Assembly: GCA_036558585.1 (NCBI GenBank)
Contig: DATBFI010000337.1
Span: forward strand, 1-38,745
DNA: 38,745 nt
From: Chitinophagaceae bacterium
Lineage (GTDB): Bacteria; Bacteroidota; Bacteroidia; Chitinophagales; Chitinophagaceae
Direction of reading: 5' to 3'
Part shown: positions 8,353 through 18,467 of the stretch, in pieces
Position numbering within the stretch: position 1 is the first letter of the stretch
How the letters are laid out: each line of letters starts with the position of its first letter
The notes under the pieces: model-generated
Databases searched by the model: none
Told to the model about the DNA's origin: nothing
Seen by the model: only the letters and a program-made list of their open reading frames with translations
Position numbers and translations under genes: made by a program

Positions 8353-10557
8353 TTAATCATGCAATAACAGTTCATACAATCCTTTTTCTTCGTCGCTCAA
8401 ACTTTTTGCTTCGCTCTTTGGCTGAAACCGGGGATCACCGCATTGCCATAAAGCAAATGAAATAGCATCTGCAAAATTTTTAAACGTTATTATTTTATCT
8501 TCGTTATGATGACCGGTATTATAATTTACCCGCAACAAAACAGGTTTACCCGATGATGAAGATTGTTGCAGCGCCGCCGCAAATTTGCCCGGCTGCCAGG
8601 GAATAACACGAGGGTCGTTCATGCCCGTCATGCACAACACTGCAGGATATTTTGTATTGCCTTGTACATGATGCAATGCATCCATTTCAATCAAAGCCAT
8701 TGCTTCGCTGCTGTCTTTTACGGTACCGAATTCTTTTGCGTTGTTGGGCCCGTTGGGCGTTGCTTCAAAACGCAACACATTGGTTATGCCTACTTCGTTT
8801 ATAGCAACAGCAAATAAATCAGGGCGCTCCGTAACGGCTCTTCCTATGGTGATGCCGCCTGCACTCACACCCCAGCCCGTTAATTTTTTTGATGAAGTAT
8901 AGTTGTGCTGTTCAAGATATTCTGCACATGCAATAAAATCTTTCCAGGTATTGGGCTTGGTTTGCTTAAAGCCCGCAAGATGCCAGTTTTCACCGTTGTC
9001 ACCGCCACCGCGCACATGCGCCCATGCTGCAACGATACCCTTGTTTACTGCGGCTAATAAAAAAGGTGCAAAGAACGGATGATAGGTGATCCCATAACTT
9101 CCATAGCCTGCGAGTATACATGGCGCTGAACCATCTTTCTTTACACTTTTATTATAAAAGATAGAGAGCGGGACCATAGTGCCATCATGCCCGGGCACTT
9201 CAATTTCTTCAACAACAATATCATCCACACCGGGATAAACCGCATCAGCATTAAAAATACTTGTTGAAAAATTATCAGCAACTGCATTGTAATCGTACAA
9301 TACCGGCGGCATCTTCCATGAAGTGATGCGTACAGTAATGTCATTTCTTTTTTTCGATACACCGGTAATGCTGATGGCGCCGTTTTCAGGAAGTTTTACA
9401 GCTTCTGTCTTCCTTGTTATATAATTGAAACGTTGCAGTGTGTTGTTGATGCCATCAGTATATTGTATGAACAAATAATCGTTTGCAGGGTAAATTGCTT
9501 CTATCGTATTTTTTGATTGCGGAATAATAACGGATGCTTTCTGTACACTATGTGTGGCTGCATCTGTTACAAGCACTTCATAGTTTGATGCATTTTTATG
9601 CGACAATAGATACAAATCATTTTTGTGAAAAATAATATTTGTTATGCCATCTTCTGGTTTTGTAAATGGCTGCCACTGAATAACAGCCTGCAGCAGTGCT
9701 GATGCAGGTGCATAATAACTATGTAAATCAGCATCAACACCGGAGCGCATGGCAACAAGATGTTTGCCATCATCTGAAATATTTACAAATAGCAAATCTT
9801 CAGGCTGAATATTTAATTGCGGATATTTTCTGCGTGAAAAAATTTCTTTATCATTTGCTGTGTCTGTTCCTGCTATGTGGTACATCACTCTTGTATCAAG
9901 CAGCATTTCCTTTGCATCGCTTTTGCCTGATCGTTGCAGTGTATATAAAAAACCTTTGTTATCGTTTGTCCAGCCATTGATACCAAACCAGCTTGGAAAT
10001 ATTTTTTCATTGTATAATTTTTTTGTATCAACATCAAGCATATAAATTGTTGCTATTTCAACACCGGCTTCTGCAATACCAAAAGCCAGTTTTTTACCAT
10101 CGTGACTTGGAACAAAATAAGCAACCGAGCCATTCTTATCTTTTGAAAAATCATTTGCCTCAACCAGTAAAACTTCCTTGCCATCTTTACCTTCACGATA
10201 ATAAATTTTGCTTACATTTTCATCGGCGAATGTTTTGCGATAGAAGTAGCGGTTGTTTTCAATTGTAATATCAGATACCGATACTGTTTTAATGTTGCTG
10301 ATGTTTATCATATCATTCAGCAACGCATCCCTTCCTTCAATGTTGTTTAAAATATTCCCGGTGTATTCAGCCTGCGCTTTAAACCAATGCTGCACCGCCG
10401 TATCATTCATATTTTCCATCCAGCGATAATTGTCTGTAATTTTTTTGCCGAAATAATCATCGGTAACAGGTTGTTGCCTGGTAGCGGGATATTCATTTTG
10501 CGCATTAGACGTTAGGCACGTTGCATAAAAAATTGCAGCTACTAATTTTAATTTCAT
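8353..10557 (-). CDS. prolyl oligopeptidase family (S9A) serine peptidase, secreted/periplasmic
   Basis: ORF 8353-10599. The likely start at 10557 gives signal peptide MKLKLVAAIFYATCLTSNAQ. The N-terminus DDYFGKKITDNYRWMEN is the S9A propeller entry motif. The C-terminal alpha/beta hydrolase carries GWGVSAGG (nucleophile elbow), MNDPRV and NTGHH. Confidence 0.9.
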   Translation of the reverse strand: MKLKLVAAIFYATCLTSNAQNEYPATRQQPVTDDYFGKKITDNYRWMENMNDTAVQHWFKAQAEYTGNILNNIEGRDALLNDMINISNIKTVSVSDITIENNRYFYRKTFADENVSKIYYREGKDGKEVLLVEANDFSKDKNGSVAYFVPSHDGKKLAFGIAEAGVEIATIYMLDVDTKKLYNEKIFPSWFGINGWTNDNKGFLYTLQRSGKSDAKEMLLDTRVMYHIAGTDTANDKEIFSRRKYPQLNIQPEDLLFVNISDDGKHLVAMRSGVDADLHSYYAPASALLQAVIQWQPFTKPEDGITNIIFHKNDLYLLSHKNASNYEVLVTDAATHSVQKASVIIPQSKNTIEAIYPANDYLFIQYTDGINNTLQRFNYITRKTEAVKLPENGAISITGVSKKRNDITVRITSWKMPPVLYDYNAVADNFSTSIFNADAVYPGVDDIVVEEIEVPGHDGTMVPLSIFYNKSVKKDGSAPCILAGYGSYGITYHPFFAPFLLAAVNKGIVAAWAHVRGGGDNGENWHLAGFKQTKPNTWKDFIACAEYLEQHNYTSSKKLTGWGVSAGGITIGRAVTERPDLFAVAINEVGITNVLRFEATPNGPNNAKEFGTVKDSSEAMALIEMDALHHVQGNTKYPAVLCMTGMNDPRVIPWQPGKFAAALQQSSSSGKPVLLRVNYNTGHHNEDKIITFKNFADAISFALWQCGDPRFQPKSEAKSLSDEEKGLYELLLHD

Positions 10558-10685
10558 TACGAGTTTGAATTTTGAGAGTGTAAAACTGATGCGTGCCAAC
10601 CTTTTTTAAATCGCACTAAAAAAAGGGAATAGGCAGCACCAAATGCGGGCATAGATTTTTATATGGGGATGATTCTTTTTTCAGA

Positions 10686-11642
10686 TCAATAAAATGACTC
10701 ATCTTTTGTAAATCTTTTATCAGTAAGAGAATTAAGAAAGGCTTCAAGATCTTTTTTTTCATTTTCTGTCAGGTCAAGAGGCTTTACCAGTAAGCTGTCC
10801 CTGTTAACAGCATTTGGTACAATCTTATCAGGCTCATTATAAAAATCAATCACCTCTTTTAAAGTTTTGAACATACCATTGTGCATATAAGGCGCAGTAA
10901 CGGCAACGTTGCGAAGTGCTGCTATTTTAAATTTTCCAAGGTCTTCTGCTTTGCCAGATATTGTGATCCTCCCGCTGTCATTTAATTCTTTGCCATTGAA
11001 CAAACCAATGTTGCGGAATTCATTTAGTGTGAAGTTTGAACCGAAATGACATTTGATGCATTTGCCTTTCGTATTGAAAACATTAAATCCTCTTTTTACT
11101 GCATCATCAACGGCATTCGAATCATCATAAAATTTCCATACATCAAAAGGGCTATCGCTCGTTTCCAGTGTACGTTCAAAAGCTGCTATTGCTTCAGAAA
11201 GATTTTTACGCGTTGGGCCACTGTTAAATATTTTTTGAAAGTATGTTTTATACTTATCGCTTTGTTGCAATCGCATCAATGCATTATCAAGAGGCAAGTT
11301 CATCTCTGCAGGATTTTCAATTGGTGACAATGCCTGTTCTTCTAAATTTTTTGCCCGGCCATCCCAAAAGAAAACTGATTGCAGTGCAACATTCATCGCT
11401 GAAGGAGTATTTCTTACACCTTTAGCACCACCAACACCAGGACTTGTTGCGGAAGTATCAGCAAAGGCATAATTGGGTTTGTGGCAACTTGCACAACTTA
11501 CAGTACTGTCTTTTGAAAGAATAGGATCAAAGAATAAAAGCCTTCCAAGTTCTGCTTTATCCGCAGGCTTATCCTTATTAAAAGAAAAAAGACCAGCAAT
11601 GATTACAACGGTTGCAGCACTAAGCACGATATATCTTTTCAT
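10686..11642 (-). CDS. di-haem cytochrome c peroxidase (CCP/MauG family)
   Basis: 318 aa with a signal anchor. Two CXXCH motifs (CASCHKP and CIKCHFG), plus WDGR, PYMHNG and FLxSLTD, all typical of bacterial CCP. Confidence 0.9.
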   Translation of the reverse strand: MKRYIVLSAATVVIIAGLFSFNKDKPADKAELGRLLFFDPILSKDSTVSCASCHKPNYAFADTSATSPGVGGAKGVRNTPSAMNVALQSVFFWDGRAKNLEEQALSPIENPAEMNLPLDNALMRLQQSDKYKTYFQKIFNSGPTRKNLSEAIAAFERTLETSDSPFDVWKFYDDSNAVDDAVKRGFNVFNTKGKCIKCHFGSNFTLNEFRNIGLFNGKELNDSGRITISGKAEDLGKFKIAALRNVAVTAPYMHNGMFKTLKEVIDFYNEPDKIVPNAVNRDSLLVKPLDLTENEKKDLEAFLNSLTDKRFTKDESFY

Positions 11643-11671
11643 CTTTTTATTCTTTTATGACGAATATGATT

Positions 11672-12025
11672 TTATTTTACTCTGCCAAAAACCATTTTAT
11701 TCATTCCCCGCCTTCGTCCTTCACAACTGTCATTTACAACTTCCCAGTGCATTGAGTCTGAATTACTGAAAAAAACAATTTTATAAATTCCCTTTATATT
11801 CCCGCAACCATTGTCTTCAAAAGAAAATATGCTATCACTCCATGCATAGGTGCCACTGAAAAGCGGCTTTTTATTAAAATAGCCTTCCATAGAATTGTCT
11901 GATTTAAATATTACTCCGAGTATATTTCCATCAGGCAATTTGCTCTCCCACCTTCCTGTAATTTTATCTGTTGAAGTAACTGCAAGGAGTAAGATTGTGA
12001 AAGTGAAAACGAGAATTATTTTCAT
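11672..12025 (-). CDS. small secreted hypothetical protein (lipocalin-like GxWE start, two conserved Cys), tandem paralog A
   Basis: ORF 11672-12052. The ATG at 12025 gives signal peptide MKIILVFTFTILLLAV. It aligns with the neighbouring 119-aa protein at roughly 40-45 percent identity by eye, including TG(R/K)WE, GY(F/I)NKKP, DNGC, (I/V)YK(I/V)xFF, (S/T)C, R(R/E)GM and GRVK. Confidence 0.6.
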   Translation of the reverse strand: MKIILVFTFTILLLAVTSTDKITGRWESKLPDGNILGVIFKSDNSMEGYFNKKPLFSGTYAWSDSIFSFEDNGCGNIKGIYKIVFFSNSDSMHWEVVNDSCEGRRRGMNKMVFGRVK

Positions 12026-12075
12026 TTTACTTAAGTGCTGGTTGCTATTCAAAATTTGCTCGTGGGATATAGCAT

Positions 12076-12435
12076 TTATTTCACTCTGCCCATAATAAGC
12101 CTTTGCATACCCTCTCTTCTTTCAGTGCAGGTATCAGTGATAGGAACAAATCGTAATGAATCTGCATTATTGAAAAAATTTACTTTATAAACCCCGGTCG
12201 CTCCGTTGCAACCATTATCTGTAAATGTCAGTACGCTGTCTTCAGCGTTGTATGAATAATTACCGGTTACAAAAGGTTTTTTATTAATGTAGCCGTCAAA
12301 GCTGCCGTCGTTTCTAAATACTGCGCTTGTAACATTTCCTTTGGAGGAGGGTTGAGTTTCCCATTTGCCTGTAAGTTGATCCATTGCAGTAAAAGCAAAA
12401 AGTAGTGTGACGAAAGAAATAAAAATTGTTTTCAC
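12076..12435 (-). CDS. small secreted hypothetical protein, tandem paralog B
   Basis: 119 aa with signal peptide MKTIFISFVTLLFAFTA. It shares the conserved motifs of 11672-12025. Confidence 0.6.
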   Translation of the reverse strand: MKTIFISFVTLLFAFTAMDQLTGKWETQPSSKGNVTSAVFRNDGSFDGYINKKPFVTGNYSYNAEDSVLTFTDNGCNGATGVYKVNFFNNADSLRFVPITDTCTERREGMQRLIMGRVK

Positions 12436-12594
12436 GTTTTTAGATTTTTAGATGATTAAAAATTTGTCCGCAAAAATGAATTGAAAATGTAAAGCTGCCT
12501 ATAACCGAAAGTGGGGAATTTTTAGAATGTTTTTCACAGTTGTAAAACACGGTGATAAATCAATATTGAGTAGTTTTTATTTTTGCCCGAAAAT

Positions 12595-12656
12595 GTTGCA
12601 GTAACCCTGCAACTTTCTACAATCGTTGCATTTCACGACATGAAATGCAAATTTTT
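12595..12656 (-). terminator. two tandem hairpins downstream of the methyltransferase gene
   Basis: A perfect 10-bp stem, ttgcatttca (12626-12635) with tgaaatgcaa (12641-12650). A second 6-bp stem, gttgca/tgcaac, sits at 12595-12612. On the minus strand the second hairpin is followed by atttt. The plus-strand side has attttt at 12651-12656. Confidence 0.4.
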
Positions 12657-12690
12657 AAAGTCATGTTTATGCGCACATGTTTGATATGAT

Positions 12691-13494
12691 TCAATTTTTT
12701 ATGCCCGTTATTCTAAAAATGGCAGGAAAAGATATGAGGGAGTTATTATCGTCGGTAAATTTTTTTAAGTCTTTCAAAATGTCATTTATTGTTTGCTCAT
12801 TTTCCAGTTCCTCTTCGATCAGTGCACTTTTTATTTTGTCCATTGTTTCATAAGCGACCTGTTTTCCTTCGCCAGAAATAAATACAGGTTGTATCACATC
12901 CATTGCAATAATTTTTATTCCTGCATCTGTAAATAATGCAGGTAAAAAAGAACCCAATTCTGCATTACCCCCCTTTCTTTTTACTGTTTCAGGATACAAT
13001 TTTGAATAGCGCTCAAAAGCCGCATTGAAAGGATAACAGAACTGCCTGCTGAATTGAATATCTTCTGCAATGATCTTTCCGCCTGGCTTCGCAGCCTCTT
13101 TCATTTTACGCAATGCAGTAAGAGGATCGCCCAAATGTGAAAGCAAAAATCTTGCGTACACAAAATCAAAATCATTTTTATAATCTATTCCAAAAATATC
13201 TTTGTGTACGTATTGAATATTATGCACGTTTTCTTTTAATGCATCTTCTTTTGCGAGTTTTAGGATTTCATTGTCGAAATCAATTCCAATTATTCTGCAC
13301 TTTTCACCTGTAAGTTTAGCAACAAGCAATGCAACGTTTCCTCCGCCACAGCCTGTATCAAGAAAACCTGAGGCCGTTGTAATACCCGCATTCATGAGCC
13401 ACGCCTGAGTGTACGGCTGCATCGCAGCCGCAAGAATATTTAAGCGGCTTTTTCCTTCTTCACCTCCGGAAATAGCATATGTATTTTGCTGCAT
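12691..13494 (-). CDS. class I SAM-dependent methyltransferase
   Basis: 267 aa. The motif I element LDTGCGGGNVA, the IGIDFD acidic loop and the LKPGG-like AKPGGKII are typical of the Methyltransf_11/25/31 fold. Confidence 0.85.
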   Translation of the reverse strand: MQQNTYAISGGEEGKSRLNILAAAMQPYTQAWLMNAGITTASGFLDTGCGGGNVALLVAKLTGEKCRIIGIDFDNEILKLAKEDALKENVHNIQYVHKDIFGIDYKNDFDFVYARFLLSHLGDPLTALRKMKEAAKPGGKIIAEDIQFSRQFCYPFNAAFERYSKLYPETVKRKGGNAELGSFLPALFTDAGIKIIAMDVIQPVFISGEGKQVAYETMDKIKSALIEEELENEQTINDILKDLKKFTDDNNSLISFPAIFRITGIKN

Positions 13495-13569
13495 AATAGT
13501 TCACACATTTAAGAACTCAATAAAATTTTTTAGCAGGCGAATTGCCTCATAAAGGTATGTCGCAGCCGG

Positions 13570-14928
13570 TTAAAAAACTTTTATACGATTTTGTTTATTT
13601 AAAACCTGGCTGATATAAAAAGTACATAATTCGTACGGGTTATAACTGCTGAATTCGTTACTTAATTTGTCTATGTTGTTTTGATAGGTTTGGTCATTCA
13701 ATACTTTTTCTACACCTTTTCTTATTTGCGATGGTGTTGGTTTTTCTGTACGCAGGTTAATACCCAGTTTAAAATATTCAACTCTTGCATTTATTTCACT
13801 CTTGCCTTCGTGTACTCCCGAAACTACCATCGGCAATTTGTTTTGGATGCTAAGCATAACGCCGCCATATCCGCCATTGGTAATATAGATATCCGCGTAA
13901 GGCATCACCTCTGAGAAAGGAATAAAATCTTCGACGATAATATTATCAAATGCATATTTTTCCTGCAACTCTTTTGTTCCTGAACTACCCGTTGTTGCTA
14001 CTACAAGATAATCGGTGTCTTTAAATGCCTCCAAGGTTGGTATCAATAATTTTGAGGTGTCTTTTTCAACCGTACCCTGCGTTACCAATAACACTCTCGA
14101 ATACTGCGTGAGCTTTTCATTATACCAGGAATGCCTTTTATTTTTAGCGTTATAAGGCAATAGCGCGCCAATAAAACGAATGTTTCTTCCAAGATCGCTA
14201 CGGTAGTACTCAAAACCAGGCGTGCCACTTTGCAATAATAAAGTCGACTTACGAATTAGCATATCAAAAGCATTTGAACCCTCCACTTTGATTCCATACC
14301 GATTCAAAAGGGATGTCATTACCTTATTAGGCTTACTGAATAAAATTTTATCCGCAACGAGACGAAGCAAGTCCTGTTTCCTTCTTCCCCAAAAAGTGCC
14401 GGAGGGCATTAAGCCTAAACCGGCCGGTGCAAGATCTTTTGATGTTTCAGTAAGTGGCAGCACTCCAACAGAAATGACCGGAACATGAAGTTTCTCCCTT
14501 ATAAATGGTATCGCCATAAACATGCAATCACATATTACCATATCAAACGGAAAGCTTTTATGTATCTCTTTTATATCTTCAAAATATTCTGTTGAGCGAA
14601 GAATAAAGCCATTGATCAGATCAAAACAAAGCCTCTTTATCATTCCTTTGATATTCTTTCTTTCAGGAAATAGCTGTTCACCATTCTCACCGTTTATATC
14701 CACTGCTTTTTTAAAAGAGTAATGCGGGATCAATAATTTTCTTAATTTCTCTGCATATGTTGCTGAAGTGTACCAACGCACGTCATGACCAATATATTGC
14801 AAGTGCACTGCAAGACCAGTAAGGGGATTGAAATGACCATCCCCCGGAACAGTTGCGAACAGGATTCGTTTGCCTGAACTTATTAAATGATCAAAGGGAA
14901 TATTTTTTATTAATGTACTTTTCTGCAT
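13570..14928 (-). CDS. GT1-family (UDP-glycosyltransferase / MGT-type) glycosyltransferase
   Basis: 452 aa. The N-terminus ILFATVPGDGHFNPLTGLAVHL and the C-terminal donor-binding region ADIYITNGGYGGVMLSIQNKLPMVVSGVHEGKSEINARV are hallmarks of GT-B GT1 enzymes that glycosylate small lipophilic acceptors. Confidence 0.85.
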   Translation of the reverse strand: MQKSTLIKNIPFDHLISSGKRILFATVPGDGHFNPLTGLAVHLQYIGHDVRWYTSATYAEKLRKLLIPHYSFKKAVDINGENGEQLFPERKNIKGMIKRLCFDLINGFILRSTEYFEDIKEIHKSFPFDMVICDCMFMAIPFIREKLHVPVISVGVLPLTETSKDLAPAGLGLMPSGTFWGRRKQDLLRLVADKILFSKPNKVMTSLLNRYGIKVEGSNAFDMLIRKSTLLLQSGTPGFEYYRSDLGRNIRFIGALLPYNAKNKRHSWYNEKLTQYSRVLLVTQGTVEKDTSKLLIPTLEAFKDTDYLVVATTGSSGTKELQEKYAFDNIIVEDFIPFSEVMPYADIYITNGGYGGVMLSIQNKLPMVVSGVHEGKSEINARVEYFKLGINLRTEKPTPSQIRKGVEKVLNDQTYQNNIDKLSNEFSSYNPYELCTFYISQVLNKQNRIKVF

Positions 14929-15251
14929 GTAGACTGATTTAATTGATGAATTATTTTTACTATGAACCGATTGAAATTTCAGCAGATGTTTCTATAGCCA
15001 TCGCGATCATCATTGAAAATAGAAGAAACCACGACAAAACTGTTTCTGCAGAAAATTTTTTTCAGTTTGAATAAGCTCATCATTGTATTTTTTTTCCTGT
15101 TGATATTTTAATGCTTTATATTTTTCGATGCGATAATCCTGATTGGTGCCCTGTGTGATACAGCGTACAAGTCCTGCAGGCGGATCCCGGTAAATCGGAA
15201 AGATGCGACGCAATCGTAGCATCACAAGAGGGATATAGCCCGCTCAAAAAA

Positions 15252-16412
15252 TCATGAAGCCTTGCGAACAGTATCATCAAAATAATAACTGATGTATTTT
15301 CTTTGCGACCATTTTTTATTAATCCATTTCCTAAGCGGGACTTCGATTCTGTAATAGGTAAGCGAAGAAAGAGCTACAGATAAAACAAGAATGAACAGGC
15401 AGTACCAAATACCCGTAGAGAAAGCAAAAGTTTTGTCTGCAGTCGTGGGTATTGTTATTCCTGATGCTTTTATGATTGCAGGAACGAAAAAAAGAATGAT
15501 CAGTTGGGTCATATATATTGAATAGGAAATATCACCCAGGTATTGCAACACGCGATTGTTGCAAAGCTTTGTGACGTGTCCGTTGTTGCTGGCAAATGCA
15601 AGAACAAGAAGAGCAAACAAAGGAACATACAGCACATCATTGATACCAAAGTGCATAGCTGCAATTAACACCACACTGCTTACCAGCGACAGAATATCCT
15701 TTTTGAAAACATTTTTAATGCGATTTGACTGATAAAATAAATAAAGTATCATACCTGTTATAAAACCGGCCATGCCTCGAAGAAAGCCATAATCAAAAGT
15801 TGAATTAAGATCGTGGGGCACAGGAAGCAAAGGGTTTAAAGGATTCGTTCTCGGCAGCAGGTACATGATTGATAAATAAGCAGTGATAATAAATATAATG
15901 CAACATGTTACAGCCAACCATTTTCTTTTATTGATGCATAACACAACCAGCGGGAATATCATGTAAGACCACCATTCTGCGCTAATGCTCCATGACGGTA
16001 CATTTAAAGTAAAAATTTTATGAATGCCGAAAGATTGCAGTAGCAAAATATGGGTTGGAATTGCCGCGGGATTAAATACGGGATTAACACCTGTTATAAA
16101 TATCATGAGTACTGAGATCAATAACATAAAAAAATGCAAGGGGTAAATCCTTGCAAATCTTGCAACGAGAAATTTACTGAATGAACGACGATCAATGCTG
16201 TTCTTAAAATCCTTGTTGTACACATGAAAAATGATAAACCCGCTCATCACAAAAAACAGGTCGACCATAAGATAACTTTTTCGTATGAACATAGAATCGC
16301 CGGCATTGACAAATCTGCCGATCACTTCTTCGAAGTGATATACTACAACCATTAATGCGGCAAATCCTCTTAAAGGAGTGAGATTAGAAATGTAAGAAAT
16401 TGAAGGTTTCAT
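15252..16412 (-). CDS. acyltransferase family 3 (integral-membrane O-acyltransferase)
   Basis: 386 aa with about 10 predicted TM segments. The N-terminal LRGFAALMVVVYH motif is characteristic of Acyl_transf_3. Confidence 0.85.
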   Translation of the reverse strand: MKPSISYISNLTPLRGFAALMVVVYHFEEVIGRFVNAGDSMFIRKSYLMVDLFFVMSGFIIFHVYNKDFKNSIDRRSFSKFLVARFARIYPLHFFMLLISVLMIFITGVNPVFNPAAIPTHILLLQSFGIHKIFTLNVPSWSISAEWWSYMIFPLVVLCINKRKWLAVTCCIIFIITAYLSIMYLLPRTNPLNPLLPVPHDLNSTFDYGFLRGMAGFITGMILYLFYQSNRIKNVFKKDILSLVSSVVLIAAMHFGINDVLYVPLFALLVLAFASNNGHVTKLCNNRVLQYLGDISYSIYMTQLIILFFVPAIIKASGITIPTTADKTFAFSTGIWYCLFILVLSVALSSLTYYRIEVPLRKWINKKWSQRKYISYYFDDTVRKAS

Positions 16413-16541
16413 GTAAGCTTATTTTGTTTTTTTGTGAACATTGCTTCATCATGTGCAGAGAATCTTTTTGCAGAAAATCTTATTGTGAGCTTTTGCTGAC
16501 TACACAAGAATTATATTCCTGATTCATTCAAAAAACCGTTC

Positions 16542-17516
16542 CTATTTTTTTAAGAAAATTTCCACCTTATTTTTTATCGGTTTTATTGTTTGCAAATAAT
16601 CGTAAATGGCACCCAGATCTTTTTCTGTCATTGTGCTGTAGGTAATCCACGGCATCGGCGTATTAAAATCCGTTGGTTTTAGTTTAACAGGATGATAAGA
16701 TGTATCTGCGTAGAATTTAAATCGCCGGATAAATGCTTCTCTTGTCCAGCCGCCAATGCCGGTTTCTTTATCGGGCGTTATGTTTGGAGAATACACTGTG
16801 CCCGCGGGCATCATAAACTGATGACCACCGCTAAATTCACTGCCCGCAATAATATCTCCTTTAACTTCTTTAGTGTGGCATTGCATGCAACTTGCAGCAT
16901 TCACCAAATATTTTCCGTATTCAATTGTATTGAATGAATCAACTTTTGTTATTAATGCAGCTTTTACAGGAATAGTATTTACAATAAAGTTTAGAGGGAA
17001 GTCCAGTTCCCTTTCTGGTATTTTGCTTTTTATTGGTCTTAGTGTTCTTAAATAAGCTATCATGGAATACACATCTTCTTTATCCATTTGCGCATAGTGA
17101 TCGTAAGGCATAAGAGGAAAAAGCGCAGCGCCATCTTTGCTTACCCCCGCGGTTATGGCTCTGAATACTTCTCCATCTGTCCAGCTTTGCAATGCATAAG
17201 GCGTTATGTTTTTTGTATAAAGGTTTCCGGGAAAATCCATTTCTCTTGTAAACTTTTCGCCGCCTGCTCCAAAGGTTGCAGAGTCAACGGGACCCGCGAA
17301 CAATGCAAAATTTCTTTGCGCATGACAAACCATGCAGGCTGCAACACTATTTACCAAATATCTGCCACGTTCAATTCTTTGCGGTGTTAGCTTTACTTTT
17401 ATATCAGGGGCGTCGCCAATATCCGGCAATGCAAATGACACATAAGCAGCAACCGCAGAAACAAGGATCAGCAGTGCAGCGATAACCGCGAACGTTACTC
17501 TAAAAAACTTTTTCAT
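16542..17516 (-). CDS. membrane-anchored di-haem c-type cytochrome
   Basis: 324 aa with an N-terminal anchor FFRVTFAVIAALLILVSAVAAYV. Two CXXCH motifs (CMVCHAQ and CMQCHTK) lie in two repeated halves, each ending Y(L/D)YL(R/Q)T(L/I)(R/K)PIK. Confidence 0.85.
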   Translation of the reverse strand: MKKFFRVTFAVIAALLILVSAVAAYVSFALPDIGDAPDIKVKLTPQRIERGRYLVNSVAACMVCHAQRNFALFAGPVDSATFGAGGEKFTREMDFPGNLYTKNITPYALQSWTDGEVFRAITAGVSKDGAALFPLMPYDHYAQMDKEDVYSMIAYLRTLRPIKSKIPERELDFPLNFIVNTIPVKAALITKVDSFNTIEYGKYLVNAASCMQCHTKEVKGDIIAGSEFSGGHQFMMPAGTVYSPNITPDKETGIGGWTREAFIRRFKFYADTSYHPVKLKPTDFNTPMPWITYSTMTEKDLGAIYDYLQTIKPIKNKVEIFLKK

Positions 17517-17609
17517 AATGTTGGATTGTTACCTGTAAAATTGTTTGATAGCTTAATTGATTACTCAAGTCCACAATTAACCATTAAGCACTTAAACAAT
17601 TTCTTTTTT

Positions 17610-18428
17610 CTATTCGAACACTACCGTTTTATTCTGGTGCACAAAAACCCTGTCATCAAAAACCAGTTGCAATGCTTTTGCAAGCACGGCCGTTTCAATT
17701 TCTTTACCTGTCTTTATCATATTAGCTAAGGTGAATGAATGATTAACAGGGGCGATTTGCTGGACAATAATGGGACCTTCATCAAGTTCATTTGTTACAA
17801 AATGAGCGGTGGCGCCCATGAGCTTCACACCGCGTTCAAACGCTTGCCTGTAAGGATTTGCACCTATAAATGCAGGCAAAAAAGAATGATGGATATTTAT
17901 GATGCGCATAGGAAATCGCTCTATGAACTGCGGCGATAAAATGCGCATAAATTTTGCAAGCACCAGGTAATCAACATCATGCCGCGAAATAATATCGAGC
18001 ATATCCGCTTCGAATGCAGCCCTGTCTTTTTGCTCGTGGGATACATGGTAAAAAGGTACTTCAAACCGCTCACAGAGATTATATAAAGTAGTGTGATTAG
18101 CAATTACACATTGCACCGAAGCTCCTAATGTTTTAAACTGATTACGGATAAGAATATCGGCAAGGCAATGGTGTTCTTTTGTTGCCAGTACAATAATTTT
18201 TTTTTCCGGCGACGGGTTTACTTTAACCGTTACATCCGCAGGCAGCACATCATATAATTTTTCCTCAAGCGTTCTTGTATCTGCACATTGTTCAACTTCT
18301 ATCCTTGCAAAAAAACGGTTGTTGAAATTGTCTACGTGTTCCCGCATAGAAACAATATTTACGTTCTCCTTTGCAAGAATGCCTGAAATAGCTGTAACCA
18401 GTTCTATCTTGTCTTTACTTGTTTTCAT
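17610..18428 (-). CDS. purU: formyltetrahydrofolate deformylase
   Basis: 272 aa. An ACT-like N-terminus is followed by IINIHHSFLPAFIGANPYRQAFERGVKLMGATAHFVTNELDEGPIIVQQ, the PurU formyltransferase signature. Confidence 0.9.
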   Translation of the reverse strand: MKTSKDKIELVTAISGILAKENVNIVSMREHVDNFNNRFFARIEVEQCADTRTLEEKLYDVLPADVTVKVNPSPEKKIIVLATKEHHCLADILIRNQFKTLGASVQCVIANHTTLYNLCERFEVPFYHVSHEQKDRAAFEADMLDIISRHDVDYLVLAKFMRILSPQFIERFPMRIINIHHSFLPAFIGANPYRQAFERGVKLMGATAHFVTNELDEGPIIVQQIAPVNHSFTLANMIKTGKEIETAVLAKALQLVFDDRVFVHQNKTVVFE

Positions 18429-18467
18429 ACATAGTTTTTATGAATCATTAACCCATCAATGATCCTT

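Noticed and set aside
15010-15225. 71-codon minus-strand ORF between the acyltransferase and the GT1 gene
   Set aside because: It has no recognisable motif or signal, an odd composition and a C-terminal FFYFQ. It could be a real small gene or a remnant, but nothing in the sequence supports calling it.
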